DNA of 64,000 nt from Antedon mediterranea (lineage: Eukaryota > Animalia > Echinodermata), in the NCBI RefSeq assembly GCF_964355755.1, contig NC_092679.1:12817432-12881431 (forward strand), given 5' to 3'. A program made the translations under genes and the position numbers. The notes beneath the pieces were generated by a model. It had not been told where the DNA came from. It saw nothing but the letters and a program-made list of their open reading frames with translations, and searched no databases. Of this stretch, positions 48,026-61,200 are shown in pieces. Position 1 is the stretch's first letter; every line of letters starts with the position of its first letter.

Positions 48026-51000
48026 AAGTTCAAACATGAACATTCTATAAATTATTTTGAAATAATTTTGCACAAAATTTATGTTTAATATTGTACTACA
48101 TTGCACTATTTTAAAGCATGACCCTTTCACAAATTATCTTGCATTACATTAAGCATTAACTGTTATGTAATAGGTGCTGAAAAATGACTTGAAATGTTCA
48201 AGTATGACAGGAATAATATTATTTTGTAATCTTTATGTTTGTAATAGATAGATATGCTTGTCATTTTGTTATGCATTTAAAAAACATACTACAGATTGAC
48301 AAAATCTAGAAAAACCTACTCAAATCAGATCTACAAAACATTGCACAGGTGCCCCAACAGTAAAAAATATCTATGTATTTTGTATTATTTGTATAAAAAT
48401 CTGGGTCTGCTGCTCCAGACTAATAGGGTTGGGATATTTTTAAAATACTAACTAAAAATCGACACTACTCGCAAAGAGGCAGAATCGCATATATAATGCA
48501 CTAAACGAATTAAATTACCATGTACAAGGTGACAGTTTATGTTATTTTGTATTATTACAATGTTTACTCACTTTTCAATTTTTTTAAAAGAATTCCATAA
48601 AACAAAATTCCTACGTTGTCATTTTAAAATGCCAGAGAACAAGATTTTGCAAATAAAGCTATTTAATGCTAAAACAACTTTTTAAAGATTATCCACGAGG
48701 CTGCACTGACATACTTGAAAGCAACAGTGAAGCAACAAGTGGTGCTTACATGATCAATATTCATGATGGAGGTGAACCATTCAGAGTTTACTGCGATATG
48801 GACACTGATGGAGGTGGATGGACGGTAGGTTTAATCAATAAGACACATAATATTCATGGATGCATATACATAAACTGAAGAAAGTTGGGTGGTCCTGTAA
48901 TTAAGAGAATCTAAGTAGATCAGAAAATGAAATAATAAGCAAAACATTTTCTTTACCTCGAAACATTGCAGTATAGGAATAGTAAATTTTCAATATTCTT
49001 GCGATAAATGTACTAAACGTTAGCTTTCTATTACAATTATTATTATTTTATGAAGGTTTTTCAGAGACGAGAAGATGGATCTATGAATTTCTATAGAAAT
49101 TGGGCAGCATACAAGGCAGGGTTCGGGAATGTTAATGGTGAGCACTGGCTTGGTAATGATAACATTCATCGTCTTACGTCTGATGGTCACTTTGAATTGA
49201 GAGTGGACATGTCAACATTTGAAGGAGGCTCAGCATACGCTCACTATGACAACTTTCGAATAGGTGATGAGAGAAGTAACTACATACTGACATTTGGCAC
49301 TTACAGTGGCAATGCAGGTAGGGTTTAGCTAATTATTGTCTAATGTTAATGTTCCCACCTAACTCTCATACTTCTTTAATCCACACTTTTCAATTATCTG
49401 ATGATCTTTTATCATACCGTTTCTAGTTCGTTTCACACTTTTATGTGTTTTTATTAATTTCTCGAGTGTGTAGAAAACTGTCCGTTGTTTCACTCCCGCA
49501 CTGCTTGTCAGAAATGTCTTTCATACACAACATTTTTCTTTGGCATATAATAAAAATTCAGCGCTTCTGGTTCTTTTTCATACGTGTCATCTTCTTTTGT
49601 CAATATTTCAAATAATTGCTACACACCTTCTCTTCGCTGTATGTAGTAAAATCATGGAGTACTCCATAGTAAAATAGCCCTGTCTGCTGATTATTTTCTA
49701 CATTCTACCATTATATATAACTCAAATGCCAAGAGCTTGGCTATATCTGTCATTTCGAAACTAGGGATTGAGTTTACTTAAAAAGCCACAATTTATATAT
49801 AATTTTTATATATAAAAAACCTTTTGTAAAGTAATGGTTTTTGCTTCACTTTGATATTTATTTGTTGTAATTCAATGTAAACTAATATTTAATTAATTGA
49901 TATTTGTATACCCATTTGTACTGTCTTAGTAGTAATTACAATTGTACTGTCAACACAGCCTTGTATAGTAACACCAAATAATAGTGAAACAAACTATTGT
50001 GTTTAAAGAAAGTTATAATAATAATAATTAAAAAAAAAAAATAATAATAATACCACCAACTTACTATTTATTACTATTTAACATCTATATTCAGTTTACT
50101 AACAAATTGACTTGATTTCTTTAATATTTCATATAACGACACTTTATCTTCCACAAGATTTATATACTATATATATATAACATGTTTTTATTCTTCATAA
50201 GGTAGAGTTACTTTAATTTTATTATTGAGGATATTACGTTATATGAGTGCCATGCACTCCTAAAATGCATGTTTTATGCAGGAGATCCGATCAATAGTCA
50301 CCTCTCTAGCTCTAAGGATTGAAATTGCTATACTACATCATCAATAATATTCCTCATTTCAAGTATAGGACCTAATAATAATTAATTTTCAATGATTGCA
50401 TAAAAAAACTAATTTGTTATCAAGGTAATTAAAAAAAATGATTTTATTTTAGGAGACTCACTGGCGCAACATAACAATCAAAAGTTTTCAATATTCGACC
50501 AAGACAATGACTCGTCTTCGACAATGACTCGTCTTCACGATCACGTGCTGTGGATTTCAAAGGAGCCTGGTGGTATGGTTCCGATCATGATTCAAATCTG
50601 AATGGATTGTACTTGGGTGGTATAAATAGTCAGTCTCACCAAGGTGTGATTTGGGCATATTATAAAGGAGATTACTACTCCTTGAAAACTACTGTGATGA
50701 AGATACGTAGAGTTTAATTCTACTGTTTGAGTATTGACACATGGTATAGAATAAGGTTGAAAGGAATGATATCTCTTTTAATATTATTTTCTTTTATCTA
50801 AGTTTAATAACAAATTAGAAATTGAATATTTAATCATGACATCTACTAATATCAATAAACCAAGAAATGTATTCAGACTTGTTAAACTTGTTATAATCTA
50901 TTGACCTAATTAAATTATAATCAAGTGTTATTCTTGGATTTCTGAAATATAAACAAAAGTGCAAAGTATGAAATGTGTTTTATTTCATGGTATGCTTATA

Positions 51001-51342
51001 TGTTGGATGTTTTTAACAAGCCACAGTAACGAACATTGTGGACACTACCAATATTTTTTATTCAACTTAAAATTATTCAGAAAATCATGGAGTTATCTAT
51101 ACAGTATAATAATAATAGTAGAGTTCAATTTAATATAGCGAAAAATGCAGGGTCTCTAAGAAAATAACAAAAGATAATGATGATAGTGAAAATTAAAAAG
51201 GTGGGATTTGAGAAGCTTTTTTTAATGTGGTGAGGGATTCAGTTTTCCATGATAAGACCCAATTTTAATCTCATGCACAAGTATATAACTTCCGTTTTAT
51301 CCGAGATAATCCTACTGTCAAACGTACAGCTGCTGCATTCCC

Positions 51343-52785
51343 CAGGCGCAGATTTAGGCCCCGGCCCCTCTTTGTAATATTTATATATAGTACATAGCCT
51401 ATGTAAATACGTGAACGTGATTGGATGAAACTGCATCAGATGACTACCGCTGCGAGGATCGTAAATCGTATATATACTCGAGTAGGATGATATTGACTGA
51501 GTAATTTTCACGTAATTATCGTGTCCCTGTCATTAAACATATAAAATCCAGAAAATTCTTATGTACGATGATATTGACTGTGTAATTTTTGGGTTTGCCG
51601 ATAAATAAACAAAAGTCATCTACTGGGTCTTGAACTCGCGATGACTTAACTATTTAAACTATGCATACATAGCGCCCTCATTTGTTATTAGTCCTCCCTA
51701 GATGTGATGAAAGACCGTTTGTGATCGGTTAATACTCACAGTAGTAACCGGTACACGCGCGACGCACTGAACATCCGGTGATTCGGCTCGAAGAAGACGA
51801 ATTATAATTTATTCGGCCTACCTGATAATATTATTATTAATAATGTAGGCTTATTGATGGAAATTCTTCTGTTATTATTTAAACGACCTAGGGTAGTGAA
51901 TATTTTATTGGGCCAAGGAATCATTAATTAGTAATTATCTGTATATTATTCTTCGCAAGGTAAGGTGTCTAGGCAGCTTGTTTACATACAATACAAAAGG
52001 AGGTCTAGCCTAGCTACCCGACCCAGCAGATATTCTACTTGTTGTTGCCTACGTAATATAACAGATATCGCCTTTTATATTGGTACAATATAAGCTTTAA
52101 CATCCCCTCGGGATGATATTATGTTCTCGGGGAATTATATATTTCCTCGAACATAATATTATTCCCTTGGGGATGTCAAATCTTATATTTCACCTCAAAC
52201 AGGCAATATCTGTATAATATATTATGCACCCATTTACATATGATCAACGATTTTACAGGAAAAGGGGGTACAAATCAACATTAAAAATCGTTAAAATCTT
52301 CAATTTTTTGTAAAAGTTGAACCGAGTTCAACTTCAATGTTACGATCGGTAAAACTGACTGACCAAATAGTTCATACATTACGTCATCATAGTTTGTGGA
52401 AAAATTCACATCCATGTGTCCCAGCAACGTCGAAAGAACCAAGAAACCATTAACGATCGCGTAAAAAATGTGTAAAAATCTGCGGTCCGACTCGATCATC
52501 GTTATCGTTTGATTTGAAAATTTAACGCAACTAGTCGTAACGTTTCGTCGACGGGAAAATAGGCTTTAGGCTGTTGCCGCAAAAGAAAACAGTTCCGTAG
52601 GCCTATATTAAATATGGTCTATAAAACCCACTATATTCAGATAATTATATGACAAGAATCGACTGGCCAAAACGCCTCAGATTGTATTTCCGTGCGTCTA
52701 GAAAAAAGGACCTCTCTAGGACACCCTTAGACGATTATTTTCCCATATCGGCCCCCTCTTTATCAAAATCCTAGATCCGCCCCTG
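51343..52785. mobile_element. CAG...CTG TIR element with a nested palindromic MITE (~52054-52219)
   Basis: CAGGCGCAGATTTAGG...CCTAGATCCGCCCCTG; TSD not found. Confidence 0.6.
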
Positions 52786-53588
52786 GTCTTTAGGTAATAC
52801 AAATTTCTCCATAACCAACCCTTTTTAGCCCTGCTTAGCTTTATGACTGAACTGCCAGTGACATTCATGACCATCATTACACCGTAAATTCTGATAAAAT
52901 TGTGTATCTAAATGTATATATAAATTTGCTAAATTTTGAAATAGGCGAGCACAATGGAAAAACTGTTGAGAAGATCTCCCCGTTGGATACCTACCTTATC
53001 TATCTCAGATGTACAACAAAACGTAGATTTGATAACATTAGTGTTCACTATTACGATATTGTTCCGTATTTCTGTCTTAGGAAGATATAAAGGGTTTTAA
53101 AAGATTTTCAACCGTCCGCGGTAAGTGATTTCTGGGTTGATGTAATCACTTTGCGACTTCCGGGTTTTTTGCTTCCGACCAATTTGACATTGACGGCGAC
53201 ATACACACTTTTCTTTTTCACGGTCCACACGTGAAGTTTTTAGAATCAGACCACCCTGGTTGGGACGAAGCTAAGACAATTTAAAAAATAGAGTTGCATA
53301 TAGGTCTCCGGAAATTGGATTATACTTTGATATATATGAAACGAAATGTTATGTCTACAGGACCAGCCCACTATGATTGGGGCGGAGCTAAGAAAATGTT
53401 GAAAAATAGAGCTGTTAATAGGTCCCCGGAAAATGCACTTATTGTACTTCAAAATATGAAACGAAATTTAAAAGTATCCAGGACCAGCTCTCTGGTTAGG
53501 GCTGAGCTAAGACAATTTTGAAAACTAGAACTGCAGGTCTTCATAAATTGCACTTACAGTATACTTAATAACTGGGGCTACCTTAATA

Positions 53589-53927
53589 ATGCACTTGTCA
53601 ATTGTATGACCCACTATACGACCCCGGGAGAGGTGCGTCATGGGTGCGTCATTTACAAATAATTACTGACGCAGGGGTTTGTCAAAAAACCTAGATGGTA
53701 CGTCACATCAATGAACAAGGTGTGTCAATGTCCGTCACTTTACCACCCACCATATCATAAACAACATGGTCACAGTGCGTCAAAATGGGTGCGTCATGGT
53801 CACCTAAAAGTAAGTCACATTTTTGACGCACGGGTGCGTCATGGTATTCAAAGGTATGACGCACATTGGACAAATGACGCACCTCTCCCGGGGGTCGTAT
53901 AGTGGGTCATACAATTGACAAGTGCAT
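53589..53927. mobile_element. Palindromic MITE with ~53-bp arms and TGACGCA-rich interior
   Basis: ATGCACTTGTCAATTGTATGACCCACTATACGACCCCGGGAGAGGTGCGTCAT and its reverse complement (1 indel). Confidence 0.8.
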
Positions 53928-54958
53928 AAATGTCAGGCTCATGATCAACCATTTGCCTTTTTGGGCCCCCAAGCTGAGACACTTTATCTACCCTCTATAG
54001 CTTGTAGGTCGGCAAAAAATGCTGATAAGTGGTACGCATGGCATACATCCTCATACCAAGGCTAATCTTTAGATCGAAATTCATGTACCTTTATTTAAGC
54101 TTTATGAAACCTTAAGAAAATTAAAAAAAAAGGACTCCATAGCCTATTGATTCCGTCAGGTCAAACAAACAATTTTTTCACTCTTCACTCTTAAATATTT
54201 CCATACGGGGAGGTGCCGCATTTACGGGTATATTTTCGAGGGCCTGGTAGCAAAATGGTGGGAAAATATGGAGTGTTGGTAGCACAAGTGTGAGAAATGA
54301 GAGGGTGAAATTAGTAGTTTAAGTCCCTGGCCCGCCCACCCGTGTCAAAATGTCACGATTTATCGCAAAATTTTGCAGGGATTTTAGCATACTGGATGCT
54401 ATAAGCCCGGCTATATAAGTCCCATCGCGGGGCCCATCCATCGCTAAATACCTTGAATAGAGTTTTCCCCAAGAGTTTTCACATCAGCAGAACACGAAAT
54501 ATAGCATGCCGGCCTAGGACAAAATCATTCAACTGTGACCACTCTTGATCAGCATCGTCATGCACCTCCCGCGGACGCGCGATAAACTTGTCAAAATTTG
54601 CAATGTCTCTTTGGCCATGCGCAGATCATGCCGGGAACCAGTACAAATATTGCGCCCTCTCTGGCGTGGCCTTGTTTCTGCCGTCTTTTTAGAGCACACT
54701 GGATTTTGGCATGGATTTTGGTAAATGGTAGTTCAAGTCCGTAGTATTTTTCAGTAAAACAGGTAGCTCAAGTGCCTCATGTCTTGAAATGGCTGCGGCA
54801 CCCACCTGTTTGGTTTATATACACGTGATCCCCCCGGGGCTAGACACTATCCCAGATGATGCTCATGATTCATGTTTGGCTTGTTGTGCCAAATATTTTT
54901 GTTTACATTTTCTCTCACCTCTTCCTACGAGGCATGTTCAGAAGCAATGTCGAAAATA

Positions 54959-57574
54959 CCCTTACCAAAGGAGAATGCTTAAATAGCCTTCGCTAACCAT
55001 TCACTAGGCATTCGAATGCTAATTTACAGGTAATTTTTAGAATTTAGGCATTCATGGTTAAAACCACTTAATCGGAATGCTAAGAAAAGTTTCCAAGCAT
55101 TCTTTAGGAATGCTTACAAGAGTCAATAAGCATTCAGGGAGATATTTTGAATGGTAGTGTGAATGCTAAGAACATTGGTAGCATTCAGGGAGATATGTTG
55201 AATGGTAGTGTGAATGCTAAGATCATTGGTAGCATTCAGGAAGAGATTTTGAATGGTAAACAGGGAAATAATTAAATGCTCAACCAATCAGATCAATCCT
55301 CACCAACTGCCAAAAAAACAACCACCAATTCAAATTCAAGAGACCAAATGGCTAGAGAAAGGCTGAGTTGAGTGAGTGAGGATGCCTACAGTAGACTGCA
55401 GCCTTTCTTCTTTTTACAGCTTACCTGCTGGCAACCCTGACACAGATTTTGCTGATATAAAAGGTATTGTAGCTAGTAGCTATACTTGTTCTTTTATCAT
55501 TCTGTATTTGGCTACTAACTAGCTAGGCCTAATAATAATAGGAGGAGTATAGCCACACACAGCCTACTAAGTTGAGTTCAGCAGAGAGGGACCAGGGCTA
55601 GGCTACAGTAGATAGTGAGTGCCCTGGTTATATTGTGTAGCTGGCCTAGGCTAGTTATAGTATACTCTAGAACCACATTGTATCACTGATCAAAAAGAAG
55701 GGCTAACTAAACTATAAAAGCAATTTTAAATAAAAGCAGTTTTCACTCCATCGTTTATTTTATTATAAGACAATGGGATGGTGGAGGCATTTTTATGCCA
55801 TGGCAGATTATTTCCTTAATTCCAACATTTGAAATGAATAAAAACAGTAACACAACATGTATTTATTTTTAAAAAGGGTAAATATTAAATAAAATCCTTT
55901 TTATTAAACCTGAATGATTCTAATATAATAGTCCTTCTACAGACTAGAGAATATAGTGCATAATTCAGTTTTATCTGCTATATACTGACTGTACATAAAG
56001 GAACATAGAAAACAAAATCCAACAGGAGTGCATTGGACAAATCATCTGTTGATGCCATTAGAGGTATTTAACTATAAATTTTTAATCTATTTTAACATGT
56101 TCATGTCTTATAAACATGCCTTCAATGATCAATTAAATTTGAGGGAAAATTGAATCCCACCATTTCTCTTTGTTTTAATTGCTTAATAATTCTTTTTATC
56201 TTTAATTTCTTTTCACACGGTGTCGGTTTTTTATTTCATTAACATATATTTCAATATTTTTTTTTGCAGAGTATATCAAGGTCGTGGCAGTAAAAAATGA
56301 TTGGACTCCTGTTAGCCCGGTAGAATTTAACAAGAAGTTTGTGTCTAAATGCACCAATGCACGCAGGAGTCTACATAAATAGATAAATATTTTATATATA
56401 ATTTTTATTTTCATTTATCATATCTTTATATTCTCAATTTTGTCCAAGTATTCTCACTTGCACAGATAAAGTGCTAGTGTTGCCAATAGCTCTGCTAATT
56501 GATAATTTTTTAGCTTTTTGCTTACTTTAGTTTGTATCTCCATTGAGATCCACAGCATTGCCATTTTTTTCAGTAATTTGCCTTTTATATATATAGTGTA
56601 TATATATATTTCTTTGAAGATGCCTCCATAAGGAAATTCATGGTGTCAATTGAAGTTTTAAATTAAATATTTTAAAGTAGTTAATTTTGATAATTGTTCA
56701 TTTGTATATGGCCTTTTTGTCATATACAGTATAAGTATTACACTCTCTTGCTGTTTATACGTTTGATAGCTTTTTGATACTTTATTTCTGTTTGGGAATG
56801 TTAAATATCGAGTATCGACGAAAATATATTAATTAAATTTGATTTAAAAAAAATTAAAGTAAAGACATCTTTTATTTTAATGTCTCTTATTGTATATTTG
56901 AAGAATTTTTTCGCTTTTCATTTTAGATTCTTCATAAAAAAAGTGAGAAATCTGGATCACAACATTTCCCACTGTAGAATTTGAATGCTTTAGCATTCAA
57001 TTCGCTCACTAGCATTCACAGTGTAACAGTTGTGTACCAATATTTGAATGTGTAGTTTTGAATGATAGACCACGCCCACTAAAAAAGCTCACTAGCACAT
57101 TCATCTACTAGCATTCGAATGCTAGGCTAGCATTCGAATGCTAGCCTAGCATTCCCCTACTAGCATTCGAATGCTAGGCTAAGCCTTCCAGATTTAGCAT
57201 TCGAATGCTAGTATAGCATTCAACTAGTAGCATTCGAATGCTACTTTTAGCATTCGAATGCTAGTGCTACCATTCACATGCTTAGCTCATTTACATAATT
57301 CGGCTCCCTGGAAGGCTTAGCGAAGGCTTAGCGAAGGCTTAGTGAATGCTAAGAAGCATTCGAAGGAAGGCTTAGCGAAGGCTTAGTGAAGGCTTAGCGA
57401 AGGCTTAGTGAATGCTAAGAAGCATTCGAATGCTAAATTCAGTCATTGAATGCTTATATACCACTAGTATTCGAATGCTAAGTATTAGCCCTTCGAATGC
57501 CAATAATAGCATTCCAGGAGTAGCATTCGAATGCTTTGTGAATGGTAAGCGAAGGCATTCAGCTTTGGTAAGGG
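54959..57574. mobile_element. EnSpm/CACTA-like (CCC...GGG, TA TSD) non-autonomous element with palindromic subterminal arrays
   Basis: TA-CCCTTACCAAAG...CTTTGGTAAGGG-TA; many TAGCATTCGAATGCTA and GAAGGCTTAGC repeats near both ends. Confidence 0.8.
56009..56382 (+). pseudogene. Spliced BEN-domain-like remnant (56009-56063 + 56270-56382) inside the EnSpm-like element
   Basis: GT-AG phase-1 join gives KTKSNRSALDKSSVDAIREYIKVVAVKNDWTPVSPVEFNKKFVSKCTNARRSLHK*; in-frame stop just upstream. Confidence 0.55.
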
Positions 57575-58099
57575 TAGCGCACAAAAAGCTTAAAATGTGC
57601 CCTCTGTAGTATCTGAAATGAACTCGATCCTTTACTAGGCCTACCCCTCATGCTGCTACTGATCGGCCAGCAGATATTTCTATTTATATCCGAAAGGACC
57701 ACCCAGGATTGACGCGGACAATTGCGGCTTCTGTTGTTTTACATATCGTACACACGTTTAAAACAATATAGTGGTCTTTCGTTATTATGATGCACCAACA
57801 TCAACTACAATACACTGTTTAAGCAGGTTAACTCTTCCCTGGTTTAAGTATGAAATTCATTCTGCACATGCTCAGAAACATGTATACAATACTGACATTT
57901 TGTATATATCAACTTGAGACTTGGGATAGGCATACATACTGATATACTGAATGATATTCCATTAGATATTATTTGTTTTAATTATTAGTTATTTCCATGT
58001 TTTACGGATTGTATTGTTTGTATAATAGATTTGTATTACACAAAGTGCTTACAAATTCTAATTTAGAATCAACCATCTATGTAGCCCACTTGACTGCTA

Positions 58100-58131
58100 G
58101 GAAACTCCCAGCTGAAAATGATACATAAATA
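58100..58131 (+). promoter_or_regulatory. Gene C core promoter: kappaB-consensus site plus TATA-like box
   Basis: GGAAACTCCC at 58100-58109; CATAAATA at 58124-58131; ATG at 58242. Confidence 0.5.
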
Positions 58132-58241
58132 GAGCTGACTGGGGCTACCTTCCATAAATTGATTACGGCTTTCTGATATTAAGACAGGACTCCCGGCTTA
58201 TATATCAGACAGGTAGTTTGGTGACTGTGAAGGTGGAAAAG

Positions 58242-61200
58242 ATGCTAGGAAGATGTTTCCTACTGTCACTGTTGGTGACTCTGGCACTCAGTTATGTTGT
58301 AGAGAATGAAGAACTGGATGGTGTTTCTCAATTAATTGTTATAAAAAATGGATGTGGCGATGAGACAAAAGGAAAGGGTATGGCATTCTTTATAATATAT
58401 ATGTATATCCTAGAGTTGTTGAGGGATATAGACTTATAGTTATATTTAGTTCATATTTGTGTCATCATCTCATTTTGTATTTAATTAAGGGTATGGCATT
58501 CTTTATAATATATATGTATATCCTAGAGTTGTTGAGGGATATAGACTTATAGTTATATTTAGTTCATATTTGTGTCATCATCTCATTTTGTATTTAATTT
58601 ACGTTCCACAATAGTTTTTATTCAACACTATTTCAAAGAGAAAAATATTAAAATCATATACTGTAAAGAAAGTCATAAAGGTTAATGTTAAGTCCGTGTT
58701 TGAACTTATTACAAGTTCAGTCCTAAATGGTAAATTCTAACTTATTACAAGATAAGGCCGACATAAAAGTTTTGTGTTCAAACTTATTACAAGATAATTC
58801 ATAAAATGTTTGTGTTCCAACTTATACAAGATAGTCATAGGTCTGTTCAAATGCATTACAAGATAGTCATAAGGTTAGTGTTTGAACTTAATATTACAAA
58901 TTAAGTCATGAAACATGTGTCCAAATATACAAATACATTAGCAAATAAAAAGATTACATAATATTGTCGAACACCAACCTTTATGTTTTTGATGTGCTAA
59001 TTCAAATATCAAGTTGATCTGTGTGTTTAAAATATAACAATAACAATATAATCACTGATCTGTATCTTTAACCAGGTGGTAGTTTATGCAAATTAGAACT
59101 TACTATGCTGTATGCTTGTGGAGTGATTAGTTCACTTGTGATATGTAGCTTGTTGGGTAAAACACAAGAATAACTTAGCCTGAAGTTAGACTGAGATTAA
59201 GAGACATACAAAGTTAGAGTGAGACCTAGTTTAAGGCTTACTTTAGAAGCTTAAAGTTAGACTGAAATAGTGAAATATCTCTATGGACTGAATTACATAG
59301 TTTTAGAGGCTTCACTTAGCAGCCTAAAGTTTTTAGCGAGGTCTGGAGTTTTAGTTTAGTCGTAGGCCTAAACTAGTGAGACACTGGCATATTTATTTAT
59401 TTTATTTATTTATTTATTAAAGATCAAACAATATCTATTATGTAGACTATTATTTTTTTGTAAATCTTTTCAAAGGTTATGCACAGGATTGCACCAACAT
59501 ACTTGAGCGCAACAGCAAAGCCAAAAGTGGTGCTTACATGATCAATATTCATGATGGAGGTGAACCATTCCGTGTTTACTGCGATATGGACACTGATGGA
59601 GGTGGATGGACAGTAAGGCTAAACCGGTATAGGGTTAATTTATGAGTATCAAGTAGATTAAAATAAACATTTCATTGACACCTAGGCCTACAGTGCAATT
59701 GATACGAATACTATTAAACATAATTTCAGTCTTCCAAAATCCTGCCATTAACATGTCAGCATTTTATTACATTACACAGTTTCTTTTGTTTTAATCTTGA
59801 TTATGTTTGCAAAGGTCTTTCAAAGACGAGAAGATGGATCCATGAATTTTTATAGAAATTGGGCAACATACAAGGAAGGGTTCGGGAATGTTAATAGTGA
59901 GCATTGGCTTGGTAATGATAACATTCATCGCCTTACGTCGGATGGTCACTTTGAATTAAGAGTGGACATGTCCACCTTTGAAGGAGAATCGGCCTACGCA
60001 CACTACGACAACTTCCGAATAGGTGATGAGGGAAGTAACTACAAACTGATATGTGGTAACTACAGTGGTAATGCAGGTAAGGATTTGTTTACACACCTTT
60101 GGCTCATCTACAGTATTTTTGGTTCAATACTTTAAATACTGTATGTACAGTGGAATATAGTAATAATAATCAAACATATATAGCACCAATTTCAAAACGA
60201 TGATCAAAGACGCACATTCTAAAATTTTCTAAATAAATGAGTTTTTAGATCAATTTTAAATGAGTCAAAAGTGGGTGAAAGTTTAAATGTATAGAGTAAA
60301 ACAAATTAGTAAAATAATGAAGATTATAAGAGTTTGGTTAAAGAAACCAGAACTAATGCACTGTGTACTCTAGTGTGAAATATACAAATTACTATGAAAT
60401 ATAGAATAAAAGAATAAATGTGGGACACACCCACTGAAAAAAAAGACATAATAACAATTATTTAAATTTTTCTTTATTTCATAAAAACAGTTGCGTGTCA
60501 CAAATATGATATGCCAAATTGTGCATGAAAAAGTGATAATAAACATAAAAAACACAGAGAAAAAAAACACTCAGGAGAGCGAAACACTGAGAAAGAAAAG
60601 AAATTAAGAATTACGGAGCTCAATATAAAAATCATTGGACTACAAGCAAAAAATCTAAAATTGTTAACATGGGAACAATTTCAGACATCGATTTTAGGGG
60701 GACTAATAAAGGGATTTGCAAAATTCAATATTTATATGCATATTAAGTCACGGAAACAAATGGGACAAAAAAACAATTCTACATAATATTAATCACTTCA
60801 CAATCACAAAGCTGGAAGATATATTGGAATATTCCTTTATCAATCAATACATTTGAATAAACATTTTACAACTTTTGTTTATTGGTCAACATTACAGGTT
60901 GTAGTCAATTTGTGTACCGAATTTCAGCAATTAAAAACGTATAAATGAATAATTTATAAATAAATAATTATTATATATTGAGATTACTTGGGGCAACTGT
61001 TTAACATAAATTTGTAATTGTTAATAACAAATACTGTATCTATAACTCAACTTAACTATTAATAAGCAGGATTTCATTAGGTAGTAAATTAAGAAGTACT
61101 GAAAAAAACCAAAGTGCACATTATGTCCAATTTACTGAAATTAGGCTAGATTGTACTCAAGTGATATTCAAATATAATTATTATCTTTATTTTAGGTGAT

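Larger units (their letters stand above)
43283..50717 (+). pseudogene. FReD gene B pseudogene; exon remnants 43283-43330 (truncated), 48688-48824, 49056-49317, 50453-50717 (frameshifted)
   Basis: exon 1 MLGRSFQLSLLVTLAL cut by a MITE; exons 2-3 intact; 17-bp tandem duplication GACAATGACTCGTCTTC (50503-50536) gives an early TGA at 50599. Confidence 0.85.

Noticed and set aside
57100-57540. Palindromic repeat array resembling a CRISPR array
   Set aside because: Irregular spacing, no unique constant-length spacers, no cas genes, eukaryotic context; it is subterminal to a TIR element
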